Shown: positions 1-13,281 of the stretch, one piece after another
How positions within the stretch are numbered: position 1 is the first letter of the stretch
Layout of the letters: each line of letters begins with the position of its first letter
Assembly: GCF_021028975.2 (NCBI RefSeq)
Contig: NC_059425.1
Coordinates: 27,838,001 to 27,902,000 of the forward strand
Direction of reading: 5' to 3'
From: Sphaerodactylus townsendi
Taxonomy: Eukaryota
DNA: 64,000 nt
Translations under genes and position numbers: made by a program
The notes under the pieces: model-generated
What the model was told of the DNA's origin: nothing
Databases searched by the model: none
The model's input: the letters and a program-made list of their open reading frames with translations, nothing else

Positions 1-182
1 TAATGATGGGATCAGATTGATGCCTCCTAAGTCCCAAAATCTGTGGAATACATCCGAATATTTGTAAGTTCTGGCATACACCTAATCTGAAATAGCACAG
101 AAATGCATGTTTTTTTCTTCCCATTTACATAAAGGCAGATGAGGTGAATTTATCAGAGGGAAAGCAGCATGGAAGGAAAAGC

Positions 183-540
183 TGAATGAATCCCTTTTGT
201 CCTGCATTGATCTTCCTCTTAGGAAAGCCAACCCAGCAAACAGTATCTGGAAGAGAAAAAATATATATCCTAGAATTAAATTTCAAGTTTCATTCCACTT
301 CTGCTTGTTAAATGAAAATACAATTCCTAAGCTGGGGAAAATTTTACTATATAACAACTTTGAATGAATCCCTTTTGTCCTGCATTGATCTTCCTCTTAG
401 GAAAGCCAACCCAGCAAACAGCATCTGGAAGAGAAAAAATATATATCCTAGAATTAAATTTCAAGTTTCATTCCACTTCTGCTTGTTAAATGAAAATACA
501 ATTCCTAAGCTGGGGAAAATTTTACTATATAACAACTTTG
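183..540. repeat. 178-bp direct tandem duplication
   Basis: 183-360 repeats at 361-538 with one T/C difference seen and TG microhomology at the junction. Confidence 0.95.
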
Positions 541-649
541 TTATAGCCAATTAACAAATCACAATCTTTTGAGTGCAGCAGAAAAGTTATTTGACCTGAC
601 AGTAAGCTAAAACAAAAGAGTGTGAAGATGGAAATTTCTTCCCATTTTG

Positions 650-720
650 GCTGTTGTGGGTTTTCAGGCCATGTGGCTGTGGTCTAGTTGATTACGGCCA
701 TGAGAGCCTTTGATAATACA
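650..720. mobile_element. Short Penelope-derived insertion
   Basis: Family end ...GCCTTTGATAATACA; 13-bp TSD TCTTCCCATTTTG at 637-649 and 721-733. Confidence 0.7.
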
Positions 721-1259
721 TCTTCCCATTTTGTATTGAGCAGCTGTGTTTTTGTTTAACATCCAGCATGTGGTCAAGTTCTGCTGCTCTCATTCAGTCC
801 TTTTTGACTTTGGGTTTTAATAAAAATAACAGCCTGGAATAGGCCGCTTTAACTCAAACTTGGAAGTTAAGATGGGGCAACCATTTGTATGGGAAACCAC
901 CAGGAAAGACTGGAGTTGCTACTCAGAGGAAGGCAAACTACAGAAAAAAGGGAAAGCCAGATCTACATGGAACCTCAAGTTTGTTTTAACAGACCCCCCC
1001 TCCAATGTGAAATTTCTGAGTTGGCTAAATTGCTGGTGTTTGGCTTGTGTCCAGATGTTGCGATTCCTACTGTCCGATCTTAGCCATGCTTACGCTGAAG
1101 TAAGTCCAACTGAATCACGGTGCAGAGATTTCCAGAAGTGAGTTAAAGGAAGCAAACGAATGAATACGGAAATAATATATAATTTTTCCCGTGCACCAGA
1201 ACTCATTGCTATATCAGCACCTCTTCTATATCTGTGGGCTGAATGGAGGAAGCATGCCT

Positions 1260-2110
1260 CTGAGCATGTGCGGCGTAGCTTGAATCCTGCCCCTCTTTCT
1301 CTCTTAACCGGCAGGCGGTTTACATTCGCCTCGAGGCTATTTCGAGGCCTTCCCCGTTGCTTGGTAACCAACGTCAAGCTGGCTCGCGCGCAAGCCCGCC
1401 ATTCCTTCGTCGAAAGTCTATGGTTTGTCACGCCCAGCCCGCTCACTATTCCCGGCCTTTTTTTTAACAATCCATTTCCGGTCATCCTTTCTAGGTAATC
1501 GCTCGGCCAATGGGTCACGCTTGTCTCTATAACCGGGGTCTTTGTTTCCTTCTGGTTATTCCTTTTCCGCCATCAGCTCGCTAGCTTCGACTTCCGGTCC
1601 CCTCAGTCCTCCCGTCGGGAACTCTATAGTGCCTGGTTCCGGTTCCGTCTCCCGGTCTCCCTCTTTCTCTCACTCGGTCCGCTTTTGCCGCCGCCGTGCG
1701 CTGCTCCCCTCCTTTTCCCTTGTCCCGCTTGTCGGGGCCTGGTCCCTTCCTTTCGGCCGGCCATGGGTGCCTACCTTTCACAGCCCAGGACGACCAAAAG
1801 CTCGGGGGACGGTGGCGGGTCGGGGCCGCGCCCGCTGTACTTCGGCTACAGCGCCATGCAAGGCTGGCGGGTCTCCATGGAGGTGAGGAAAGGAAGGCCA
1901 GGGGGAGGGGGCGTGGCCGGCTATAGTCGAACGGGGGCCCTGTTGGCAGAGGCACCACCGGGCTGTCCCCGCTCCGGATTTGTCTGCCACTCGCCATAGG
2001 TCTGTAGATGCTCGGACGCCTCCTCTTAACGGCTTGCATCTTCTGCTTATGTCAGTTTGTTTTATCTTCAGGAGCCAGGCCCGCCTCCACTGCTGCGGCG
2101 TGAGTGCAGC
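1260..2110. promoter_or_regulatory. CpG island and promoter of PPM1G
   Basis: CpG-dense; CCAAT at ~1507, ETS-type ACTTCCGGT at ~1590 and repeated TTCCGG; spans exon 1. Confidence 0.8.
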
Positions 2111-5100
2111 TTCCTGGCCGCAACCTGAGGCAGGTTGTGGTTTCTTTAATTTTTGCGGGCATCCAACAGCAGCTCCCGCAGTGGCCTTGATCAAAAATCT
2201 AAGATTTTTTTTTCTGTGTGAGGTGAAGAATGGCGAGAGCAGATGCTAAATATTGCTGCCTATTCTGTTCAAAAGATCTGGTAACTTTTGAAGCATTCCT
2301 GTTTGGAAAAGTACCCCATGTATATTTAGCAAATTTGAGAGCTGTTTCCTGCTTGCTTTTATGAACCTTTTTCAGTTGCCATGCTTGAAATGCACTTTCT
2401 TCCTTTTGCCCTCTTTTGCAGGACGCACACAATTGCATCCCTGATCTGGACAGCGAGACGGCAATGTTCTCTGTCTATGATGGTCATGGAGGTAAAAGAT
2501 CCCAAGGAATAATGTTTGTTTGGTACAAATAGCTGTTGGACATATACAGCAATATTTTAGGGGCCAAAAAGAGGGGTGTACTTGAACATATCTAGAATCA
2601 TAGAGCGTGAAGGGTCATCTAGTCCAACCTTGTGCATCAAGGGTCGTCTAGTCCAACATTGTGCATAATATAAGAAATTCATAATTACACCCCACACACA
2701 CTTCCTCAGTGACCCTTGCTGCATTCCCAGAGCAGCATTGAGAGATTTTCTGGCAGACCAGGCACATTGGAACAGTCATTTAGGTTGAGCCCATTTTGCT
2801 TGTAGAGCTACTCTCTTGTTAGTGCTGACATATTTTGGACAATAACAAGACATACCACTAGCCCAGTGATGGCGAACCTATGGCACGGGTGCCAGAGGTA
2901 GCACTCGGAGCCCTCTCTGTGGGCACGCGCACACCCACACACGTCTAGACTGGCCTGGGTCACTAAGTACAACGTGCACGCACCGCCGTGAGCAGGGAGG
3001 ACTCAGCTGGCTGGCCTGGTGCTTGTGCTCTGGGTGGCTGCTGCCGGGGGGGGGGGGGGCAGAGGAGGCAGAGATGCTAGAGAGGCACAGAGCGGTGTGC
3101 GTGGGACTTGCTGGAGGCTAGAGCAGGCTGGCCCCTGCTCAAGCGGGTGGGGCAGAAAAAGAAGGAGCCAAACGGTGTTTTCTAAACTAAAACCTCAGCA
3201 TTCAGGTGAAATTGCCGGGTTGGCACTTTGGGATAAATAAGTGGGGCTTGGGTTGCAATTTGGGCACTCGGTCTCGAAAAGGTTTGCCATCACTGCACTA
3301 GCCCTTGAAGTTTTCACAAAGTCAGATTATATGTGGCTAGGCTTTGTGGGTGCTCTTATCTGTAAAGAGAAAACAATCCTTAATGAGAAAATTATTTTTG
3401 ATGTGTTCTTAGCCGTTATCAATATACTCAGTGGTCTTGAACTGATTGTTGTAAAAGCATACAACTATTATGCAGCACTTTTTGTGTGCTGTTGAGTTTC
3501 TGTATGTTTTGTTGAAAGGTTTCACAGCTGGATTCAACTGATTGGTTTTTCTGGGCTGTGTGGCCGAGGTCTGGTAGGGCCACACAGCCCGCAAAACACA
3601 CAGCAACCAGCTTCTGGATATTTGTTTGCCAATATAATATATAACACCAAAGCATTTTTGGAGTCTAGCTCTAAATACTTTATTAAGGTTTTTCACTTTG
3701 TAAGCTTTTCTACTTACACAGCTACTGCTGCTGTTCAGTGCACTTTCTCTGGTTCCATTCCCAGAGGAAGCAGAAAACCTCCAGGATCCCTGGCCAATCT
3801 GGCCTGGAGGAAAATTCCCTCTTAACCCCAAAGTAGGCATTGGCTTTACCACAAGCATGTAAGAAAAGGCCGCAAGAGGCAAACATTGACTCATCCCTTC
3901 CTGCCTAAGTTCATAGAATGAGCTTCACTGTCAGATGGCCATTTTAGCCTCTGCTGAAAAACCTCCAGAGAGCCCACCACCTCCTAAGGAAGGCTGTTCC
4001 ACTGAGGAATTATCACTAATGTTTTGCCAGAAACTTGATTTAATTTCAACCTGTTGGTTCTGGTCCAACCTATTAGGGCAACAGAAAACAATTCTTCTCT
4101 ATGTGAGAGCCCTTCAAATACTTTGAAGGCCTTCAGTCACCCCCTCTCTAAACTAAACATACCCAGCTCTTTCAACCTTTCCTTATAGAACTTGGACTCC
4201 AGACCCTTCACCATCTTTGTTGCTCTCCTCTGGACTTGTTCCAGCTTGTCAGCATCCTTCATAAACTGTGGTGTCCACAGCTAAATACAGCACTCCGAGT
4301 GAGGTCTGACCAGAGCAGAGCAAAGTAATAACATGGCTTCACGTGATCTGGATGCTATACTTCTGTTGATGTGGCCAAATATTGCATTTTCCTTTTTGAC
4401 CACCTCATCACATGGCTAACTCACATTCAGCATATGGTCTACTAAGGCTTTTCACATGTACTTCTTACTGCTAAGACTGTAGGAAGTTATTTTTTCTACC
4501 TAAAGGCAGAACTTTATGTTTATCTCTGTTGAAATTCATTTTGTTAGATTTAGCCCAATTTCTAGCCTGTTGAAATCAGGCTTCTGCTGCCTTCTAATAT
4601 ATTTTCTGCCCCTCCCAATTTAGTATCATCTGCAAATGTAACAAGCATCCCCTTTATTTTCCATACAAGTTATTTGTAAAGAAGTTGGCCAATGCAGCAT
4701 CAAAGACAGATCCCTGAGGCTTTCCACTGGTCACTCTTCATTAAGAAGATGAGGAACCATTAATGAGCACTCTTTGGATGAGATCTATCAACCAGTTACA
4801 AATCCACCTAACAATAATAGGATCCAAACCTGATTAAGGCCACTGTACCTTGTAGCCAGTACTGCTCTGCATTTCTAGCCCTGTGGTAGAGAAAGGCCTT
4901 TTCCCAGCATATACCACCTGAGATCCTTTAACAATGAATGCCAGAAATTGAACCTGTCACCATCTGCATTTAATTTTGCTGTTGAATCTGCTGGGGTTGG
5001 AGAGAGGGGCTGGTGAGCATGTGGTGGCAGCGCGGGGGGAAGAGTACAGCATTTCCTAATTCAAGCTGAGGCCAGTTTCTATTGGGCTAATCTTGCACTG

Positions 5101-8100
5101 CTGTGCTTTTGGGTTGTTTTCCATGTTTCCATCCTGACCCCATGCAGAGGGATCAGAGGCCACAGATGCTAGTATCAGGTCCACTGACTTTGGTTGGCTC
5201 CACCATTTTGTATTGGTCTGGCCAGCCTGATTACCTCCTGTTAATTGGGTATATGATGTGATTGTTGGCACTCTTTAGTGAAGAAGTGGTCCCATTGCTT
5301 GTATGATCATTCAGCTGCCTTTACTTGACCTAGATGAGGCATTTCCTTTCCACTTTAGCTTTGGGTTGGGACCAGGACAAACAAGCTTCTAACTTCACTT
5401 TCCTGAAACCTAGGGGAAGAGGTTGCTCTGTACTGTGCCAAGTACCTCCCAGAGATCATCAAGGACCAGAAAGCATACAAGGAGGGCAAGTTACAGAAGG
5501 TAAGGCTGAACGGTTTGATCCAGCAGCATCTTCCAAGAGCCATCTGGTCAGAGTCCTTCCAGCAGCTTCTCCTTACAATTTTTCAGTTTTTATGGCTGAA
5601 TGAACACTTATTGGACACGTACAGATCATTATTTTTACAACTTCTAGACCTCTCTTGTTTGTTGCTGCCTAGGAATTGGGATCAGAGGGAGATGTCCTCT
5701 TGACTGTCACATCAGTCAAAGAGGTTCATCTGGTGGGTACACAAAAAAGGGCATTTTCAGTGGCAGCTCCGCAATTATGGAACAACCCCCGCCAGGGATG
5801 TGTGCCTGGGTTCCTCATTTTCAATGTTTAGGAGGCAGCTGAAGGCAGTTAGGACTGTGTTTGATTAATTTGCTAGCCATTCTAAACTGTGGTAAATTTT
5901 GTTTTATGGATTTTATGGATATTATTTTATGGATTTTGTAAGCCACCTTGAGCACCATATGGCACCATATGTTGTAAATAGATAAAATTTACTGTGTGTG
6001 TTGGGCTTGACACCAGAATCTGAGCCATATAGTAGCTCAGAGACTCTAAGAGCTCCTGTATTACCAATTTTGCCTTGTTTCTAAATGGTAACCATCTTCT
6101 TTATATTAAAGGGGCAGCTTTCAAGTGGCCTCAGCCATAGCACTTTTCACATAGCAACTGAGCAGAACGGGGTTAGCTGACTCGCAGAACTTGATATTTC
6201 TTAATGGCCGTGAATCCTTCTTGTCCCTGTTATGGTTTGTTGCAAGTAGGGACTTTTTCCACTTACGTTATTGTCTATGAAATTGGTACAGTTGATATTT
6301 TTTTGCCAGCCGGTTTCAGGTGGCCATGTGACCCATCGAGAATGAAGAGAAAGGCAGACTGACAGTATTTGAATAAATAAATAAAAACAAACCTGTCCTC
6401 TGAGTTTGGAGTAATAGAGCAAAGCTGCACTTTGAAGTGTCTCATGGTGGCTTAGTGCACAACCCCTTTGAGGGAATGTTTGGCCATTGCTCAAAACAGT
6501 GCTGTGGGGGTCCCTGCAAAACCTGGCCAAAGCCACAGCAAGACTTCAAGACTTTCTTGACAGGATCAGAATAAAGGTTGGAGTCTAGCCCTCTGGCTTC
6601 AACACTCGTTGGAAACCTGCTTCAACCCCTCCCCCCCCCCCCGCCCCCCAATTCTCCCTGGACTACATAGTCTGTCCTTTATTGTTGACTCTCTAAATGG
6701 TCTCTAAGGGTGCTGTTTCTGGGGACTCAAAGGAGTCACACTGGTAATTGCACTTGGCTGTCACCAAAGCTGTCCCCTGTGTAGCTGCTGTCCTTATACA
6801 CAAGGCCGTCTTCCCTGTGCTGCCCCTAGGCCCTTGAAGATGCTTTTTTAGCCATTGATGCCAAGCTGACGACTGAGGAGGTGATCAAGGAGCTGTCGCT
6901 GATGGCTGGGCGGCCTCGACAGGATGGCGAGGAGAAGGAGGAGAAAGTGGCTGATGAAGATGATGGTAAGCAAAGCAACAGCTTGCTTCCTGGTAGTGGG
7001 CAGCCTGACAAGTGAAACCAACATATCACTGTAGGATCAGTGCGGGAGTCCTGTTGCGCTGGATCAGAAGAGGTGGGGGAGTTTTGTTGTGCTGGATCAG
7101 AAGAGAGCTCTACCCCACTGGGATTCAGTGCCTGCCAGTCAAGTTCTCTCATGCACAGGTGACATGTCTTTATAAATACAGGAGACTGACTTCACTTGAA
7201 CCCCAACTCTGTGGTCTCAGTGCTTCCAATTGTGAGAAGCTGTGTCTCTTTTGGGCTTTATAGTAAACGATGCAGGATCGTTTGAACTTCATAAAAGACA
7301 GCTCAGAGAATAATGGGTGCTTGCAAGTTATTGGGTGTCCCCAGCTTGGGACCTGCATTATTTGGGAAAGGTGATGTACCTGTTTTGGGGGTGGAAGGTG
7401 AAATGGGCAGTTGTTGTTCACTTGCCGTGTAGAGCATGAGGTGCATTTGTTCAGCAAATTTGAGCCAGGGAAAAAAAGGTGGAGAAAAGCCCACTGTGAT
7501 GCTGACAATCAAACTCCCCCCCTCTCCCATCTATTCAGTGGACAACGAGGAGGCCGCCTTGCTGCATGAAGAGGCCACAATGACCATTGAGGAGCTGCTC
7601 ACGCGCTATGGCCAGAATTGTGTCAAGGGCAAGCTGGGGCCGCCAGGTGGTGAGCAGGGCCCAGAGGATGCACAGGAGGAACCAAGTGTGAACGGCGAGG
7701 CAGGTACCGAGGAGCTTTCAAAGCATGACCAGGAGGAGGAGAAGAACGGCAAGCTATCCCTTGAGTCTACCACCGGCACCCCCCCTGGCCCAGAGGCGGC
7801 TGGCGGAGGGGATGCCAGCACTCACCCGAAAAAGGCAGCTGAGGGAGCAGCACCCGCAGCGGGTGAGGCTGAGCCTTCCTGCTCCTCTGCAAGCAAGAGC
7901 CAGCGAACCACCAAGTCCAAATTCTTTGAGGACAGTGAGGAGGAATCTGAGGAGGCGGAGGAGGAAGAAGAGGAGGAGGAGGAAGATGACAGCGAGGTAA
8001 CTTCTAGCTTCAGTTAAACAAGGGAAGTTATCTTGGGCTTCCACAGTTGGGTGGGGAGAGGGAGCTTTGGGACTTTGCTGACAAGCGGGTGGTCCTGTTT

Positions 8101-11100
8101 GGCCTTGTGAGAAAGCCATCTCCTTCCCTCAGGACCTTCCGTTGCCCTCCGCCTTCGGTTTTCTGGACTGGAGGAAACCTGGTTGGTCTTGTTGAGAGAG
8201 CCTCCTCCTTTCCCTCAGTCCTGCTATAGTTCCCCACCCAGTCTGATCTATTTGGGGGGGTTTGGGGGCATTGGGGTGTTTTTGCTAGGAGTGTAGCGAG
8301 GATGAAGACGGCTACAGCAGCGAGGAAGGAGAAGTTGAGGAGGATGAGGATGATACAGAAGAAGCAGAGGAAGACGAAGATGAAGACATGATGCTTGCAG
8401 GCATGGAGGGAAAGGAGAAGGTCAGTGCTAGAACCGGAGGGAGGTGGAGAAAATTCTGCCATAGTTGCCAAGAGAAGTCACAGTCTCAGTCAAGGCTGAT
8501 TTGCCTACCTCGCTTGATGTGAAGTGCAGCTTGGCAAACCGAGGGTAATAGGCTACTTTGTATGACAGTGAAGGCAAAGGGGTGGGGGAGGGGAACAGCT
8601 GTCTGCTTTCAATCTGGCTGTAGAAAGCATCATTTCAGCCAGTCTCCCCTCCCTTATCTGGCAAGCATCTCATGCTCTTCTTGGTCTCCAGCCTGGTTCA
8701 GATAGTGGCACCACAGCGGTGGTTGCCCTCATCCGAGGCAAGCAGCTCATTGTGGCTAATGCTGGGGACTCTCGCTGTGTGGTGTCAGAAGCTGGCAAGG
8801 CTGTAGACATGTCCTATGACCACAAGCCCGAAGATGAGGTGGAGTTGGCCAGAATAAAGAATGCTGGTGGGAAAGTTACCATGGACGGCCGAGTGAACGG
8901 CGGCCTCAATCTCTCCAGGGCCATTGGTGAGTGTGCTGGGGCTCCAGAGGTGCACCCCCATCTCTGACTGAGAGCTTAGTTTCTCTTATGCCTTCATTTA
9001 GCTTCCAACCATTTTTCCAGCCGTCTTGCCTCATCAAGGTATGTGCAAGTGGCAGCATATTAGCAGGGGTGGAAGGTTTTAGGTCAAGGGGGTCAATGAG
9101 AGGTGGGAGTCCTTAACACACTGAGGACCATCTAGGCTGGAATTCTGTTTCTAGCTATGGTCCAATCCAATCTAAAAACCTTTATTAGGCATACATTCTA
9201 GCTATGATCACAAAATCTAAAAGCACAAATGGTTGGATCCTAGCTAACTGTTCTGCTTAACTGAGGGCGCTTCCATTAGCAAAACAAAACTGTTCTACAA
9301 CATGAAGGAAACAGCCTTCCCTTGCTGTATGTCCCCCCAGCAGCCAACATTCAAATGCATTCTGAACAAGGAAGCTAAACTTCAGACTGTTACATTCCCT
9401 TTTAAAACATCTAAGCCAGCGGTCATTACTACAGTGGACTTAAACAGTTTTGGTTGGGCTTTGGTTGCCCTATATGGAAATGCTGAACTGTATGTCTAAT
9501 GTGCCAGATTGACTGAGGGTGGGGCAAGAGTGCCTTGGTGCTGTCTGTGTGGCACAACCTGTCCCCAGGAAAGTCCATATCCCTCTTCCATCCCCCTTTC
9601 TTGCAGGAGACCACTTCTACAAACGCAATAAAAATCTGCCTCCAGAGGAGCAGATGATCTCGGCACTGCCGGACATCAAGGTGCTGACAATCAACGATGA
9701 CCACGATTTTATGGTCATTGCCTGCGATGGCATCTGGTAGGTGGGGGCCGGGCAATAGCACAGTTTCCATGGCTATGTTGGGGAAGGGCCATGGGTCAGT
9801 GAGTAGAGCATCTGCTTGACATGGAGAAATCCCAGGTTCAAACCCTAGTTGAAAGGACCAGGTAGTAGGTAATGGGAAGGACCTGTGCTCAAGACCTGCT
9901 GCTAGTCTGAGTACACAGTATTGATTTGATAGACCAAGGGCTTGATTCAGTATAAGGCATCTTCATGCGTGCTCATGTAATAATGGCCCTTCCTGTTCGC
10001 ACTATTAACACTGGAAAGGTGACGCAGTAGAGCAGGAGTGTCCAACTCTGGTGCTTCAGATGTTCACAGACTACAATTCCCATCAGCCCCTGCTGGCATG
10101 CCATTGGCCATCTCCAAAAAAGACAAATATACAGTCCAGCTAATACAGTGGAAGAACGAATTGGGCGGCCAGTCACCCAAAAATACACCAGAAACTATAT
10201 ATATAATAGCAAGGTCTGTAATATGCTTATCAATGCATACAAGTATCCATACAATTATATATTCAAACCAACAGCATCATACATCATTGCATAAATGTGC
10301 ATATCAATAAATAAAATATCTATTTCTATACTCTACAAGGTTGTTGTGTCATTTATTTCACGGCTAGAATAGTTCTGTAGGTTTTCTTATGATCGCTGAT
10401 TGAATGAATAAACGTTTTTATGAATGAATATATATTCCATCCATGATCCATGCGGATGTCTAAGCTTGGAAACCTGCGGGGGCACCGTATTCGATGCATC
10501 ATGGATAGAATATATATATATATTCATAAAAACGTTTATTCATTCAATCAGCGATCATATGCCATTGCCCATGCCAGCAGGGGCTGATGGGAATTGTAGT
10601 TCATGAACATCTAAAGCACCAGAGTTGGACACTCCTGCTGTAGAGCTTGAAGGATTCGGGGGGGGGGGGGGGGGAGTATCACAGCAGCAACCCCCCCCCC
10701 CCCCCGCTTTTATTTACTCCCTTCCCTCTTTCTCTCCCACCAGGAATGTCATGAGCAGCCAGGAGGTGGTGGATTTTGTCCAGTCCAAGATCACTGAGAA
10801 GGACGAGAATGACAAGCTTCGATCCCTTTCGTCCATAGTAGAAGAAGTGAGTTCTGGAAGGGGAGGGTCAGGGGGGTGGGAGACGTGTGAATGAGAGCTG
10901 AAACAAAGCAGCCGCTTGTAGAAAACTCTCCATTTGTTCTAGGAAGCATCTCTGGTAGCATTCTGAAACGCTTAAGATGGATAGCTGTTGTTCCTCCAAA
11001 CAAATCCTGTGACACGTTAAAGAGACCCAAGTACATTGTGACAGAACCCAGGGCTGCTCTTGGGAGCCTCCGCCCATTTTGTCAGATGTGTATTGTGTCG

Positions 11101-12818
11101 TCCTCAGTGGAAAGTGTGTGGTGTGTGGGGGCTGTCAGGGTGTAGCCAACTTATGGTGACCCCATGGGATCTTTGTAACAAAAGATGTTCAGAGGTGATA
11201 ATGCCTGCCTCCATGTAGCAACCCTGGACTCCCTTGATGGCTTCCCATCCAAATACTAACCAGGGCTGACCCTGCTCAGCTTTCAACAAGGTCTGTCAGG
11301 AACTGGCTATATCTTTCCCAGCAAAGATGACAGGAGATTTGTGACGTTATCTGCCATTTCCTGGACCATCTTTGTTCTAGAATGCTCTGTTTGGGTCCCA
11401 GTACCTTGGGGTCAGTACTAGGTGGGCACCAGGACCCACACGGAACATTGTAGAAGTGTCCAGACTTAATTTGGTCATGTGCTACGTTACCATGCAGATA
11501 AAAACAAGATCCAGTCAGAAACGTGAAGATGCGGGTGAAGTGGTCCACACCTTTTTGGAAGGAATTCTTTACGTCTTTGACTAGCTCTTGTTTTCTTCTG
11601 CGTGGTAATTGTAGCACGCCAGTTTGCCCTCTCTTTGTCATGCCCTCTGTCCTCTTGTATGTATTTCTGCTGACTTTACAAGAAGCACGGCATACATCTG
11701 ACACAGTGGACTCTGACCCATGAAAGCTCCTTCCCAGTTGTAACTGCTACTCTTTGCAGTGCTTTTCTTTCGACCACCATATAATGTATTCTATTTTGGC
11801 CAGTTGGTGTTGAAAACTGGTGCCTTTAATGATCAATACTGTCAGGATCTGATTGAGATTATAGGTGGCCAGTCTGGGACTGCAGGAGGTTTGCTGTCTG
11901 TTGCTAAAGCTGGGCTGGAGGAACACAGCAAATACGAAATAAAAGGCTGCCCCAGAGCCATTACATTCCACCAGGCCTGATATTGTATGTCCATGATCAC
12001 TTCTGTGCCTAAAGAAGACACAATATCTTCAGTCTTGGCTCACCAAATTAAGCCCCTGAAACTTGTTCTGGGCTGGCGTTACATCTGTGCATTTGCTTCT
12101 GATTGATCACAGGCACATCTGTGGGTAAATTGGTGGAGACCAGTGTGCCATGTATGCTCCTAACTGGAAGGAAGTCCATGGACTGCACAAAAGAGATGTA
12201 GCCGGGCCAGAGTGTGCCCAGTGTGCACTCTGTGTTTTCTGCCCCCCCCCCCTGCCCTGCCCCCCCCCCGCCCCCACCCCTTACCTTAGTGCAGGCTGGA
12301 GAAGCGGCCTGTTCCCTTCAGGCTGTAAACTGACCTGGTGGGAACTACACTCTCCCATGAAGACCCTGGGGCTTGCAAGGTCTCCTAGGGAAGTGTAGTT
12401 CCCTGATTGCGCAGCTTTTCAGCCTGAAGGGAACAGGCCACTTCTCCAGTCTGCACTGTTGTGGAAACAAAGCAGCAAAGTGATATTATTGTGTGAGGTG
12501 ATCCCCAGCACTGGCCGCCTCGGTGCAACGCACCCCCCCCATCCCCCTGATGGCTCCGCCTCTGCTGCTCAACAACAGTCAGTAACGCTGAGACTCATCC
12601 TCTGCCACTTCTCTCCCCAGCTCTTGGACCGCTGCTTAGCTCCTGACACATCAGGTGATGGAACAGGCTGTGACAACATGACCTGCATCATCATCTCATT
12701 CAAACCCTGCCCCGGCCAGGCCCTCCCTGCTGAGGGCGGCAAACGGAAACTTGAGGACAACGCGGCGGCGGCTGCCCCTACGGAAGAGAGCTGCAGCAAG
12801 AAGGCCAAGCAGGACTAG
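1763..12818 (+). CDS. PPM1G: Protein phosphatase 1G (PP2C-gamma), 10 coding exons, 555 aa
   Basis: Exons 1763-1882, 2422-2491, 5414-5499, 6830-6965, 7539-7996, 8289-8420, 8692-8926, 9607-9736, 10744-10846 and 12621-12818. All introns are GT-AG and the sum is 1668 nt in frame. Motifs: [27 protein letters not shown], acidic insert, [41 protein letters not shown], and a basic C-terminal NLS-like tail. Confidence 0.98.
2864..3295. mobile_element. Non-autonomous hAT DNA transposon (MITE), 432 bp
   Basis: TIRs CAGTGATGGCGAACCT and AGGTTTGCCATCACTG; perfect 8-bp TSD CACTAGCC. Confidence 0.92.
3505..3611. mobile_element. Short palindromic Penelope-derived insertion
   Basis: Same family as 24116 and 31486, with internal inverted repeat GGGCTGTGTGGCC/GGCCACACAGCCC. 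Confidence 0.65.
3770..4830 (-). mobile_element. Degraded CR1 LINE 3' fragment
   Basis: Similar to the CR1 at 43335-44246 (CTCCTCTGGACTTGTTCCAGCTTG, TCTCTGTTGAAATTCAT); boundaries approximate. Confidence 0.75.
9783..9968 (+). mobile_element. tRNA-derived SINE
   Basis: tRNA-like head (A box, GGTTCAAA B box) and a body shared with copies at 17278, 31321, 57264 and 62172. Confidence 0.7.
10032..10637. mobile_element. Palindromic hAT MITE interrupted by a ~450-bp AT-rich insertion
   Basis: TIRs CAGGAGTGTCCAACTCTGGTGC and GCACCAGAGTTGGACACTCCTG; TSD CAGTAGAG/CTGTAGAG; insert 10112-10558 flanked by the 14-bp duplication ATGCCATTG(G/C)CCAT. Confidence 0.8.
12191..12564. mobile_element. Non-autonomous hAT-type element with a long internal hairpin
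   Basis: TSD CTGCACAA/CTGCTCAA; end GGCTCCGCCTCTG; internal inverted repeat at 12288-12457; related to 54434-54899. Confidence 0.75.
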
Positions 12819-13281
12819 TAGCCAAGTTGGGCTGGGAATTGCCCGAGCTCTCACTGGACTCATTTTTCTAAGCAATGCTGAACTCTCGATGCCCGAGTTA
12901 GGCCTTTTTTAGCCTTAGGGAGGCCCAGTTCATCTGTGCCATTGCAGGGGGGTGGGATGAGAAGTTGGGGTTCATGTTGGTCCCGCTGTTCTTTGAAACC
13001 ATTCCAAAGAATGAATGGCAGGGAGGGGAAGAGCTTGTTCAGGGCCCAGAAGCCTCCCCTCCACCTACCTTGCCCCGCAGTGTCTCCGTGTGGTTGTTGC
13101 CATTTCCGTGCCTGTGATGTCTTCTGTCGGCAGGAAGCAGTTGTCTGTTGTGGAGGTTTCTGATCTGCACCCTCTCCATTTAAAGCCTCTCTGGTTTTAT
13201 TTGTGGGACTGGCTGCCCTCTCCCCCTACCCCCCAGAAAGAGAAATTGGCCACCAAGCCTCACTCTGTGTTGTTCACTTTT

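Noticed and set aside
1090-2249. Several overlapping 100-150 aa ORFs at the PPM1G 5' end
   Set aside because: Expected from GC-rich CpG-island sequence; only 1763-1882 matches a real protein and has a splice donor.
6371-6386. AATAAA cluster in PPM1G intron 3 as an intronic polyA site
   Set aside because: It is a short TAAA microsatellite with no supported upstream terminal exon.
11697-11730. TCTGACACAGTGGACTCTGACCCATGAAAGCTC as a hammerhead remnant
   Set aside because: The CUGANGA box is broken; at most a decayed transposon fragment.
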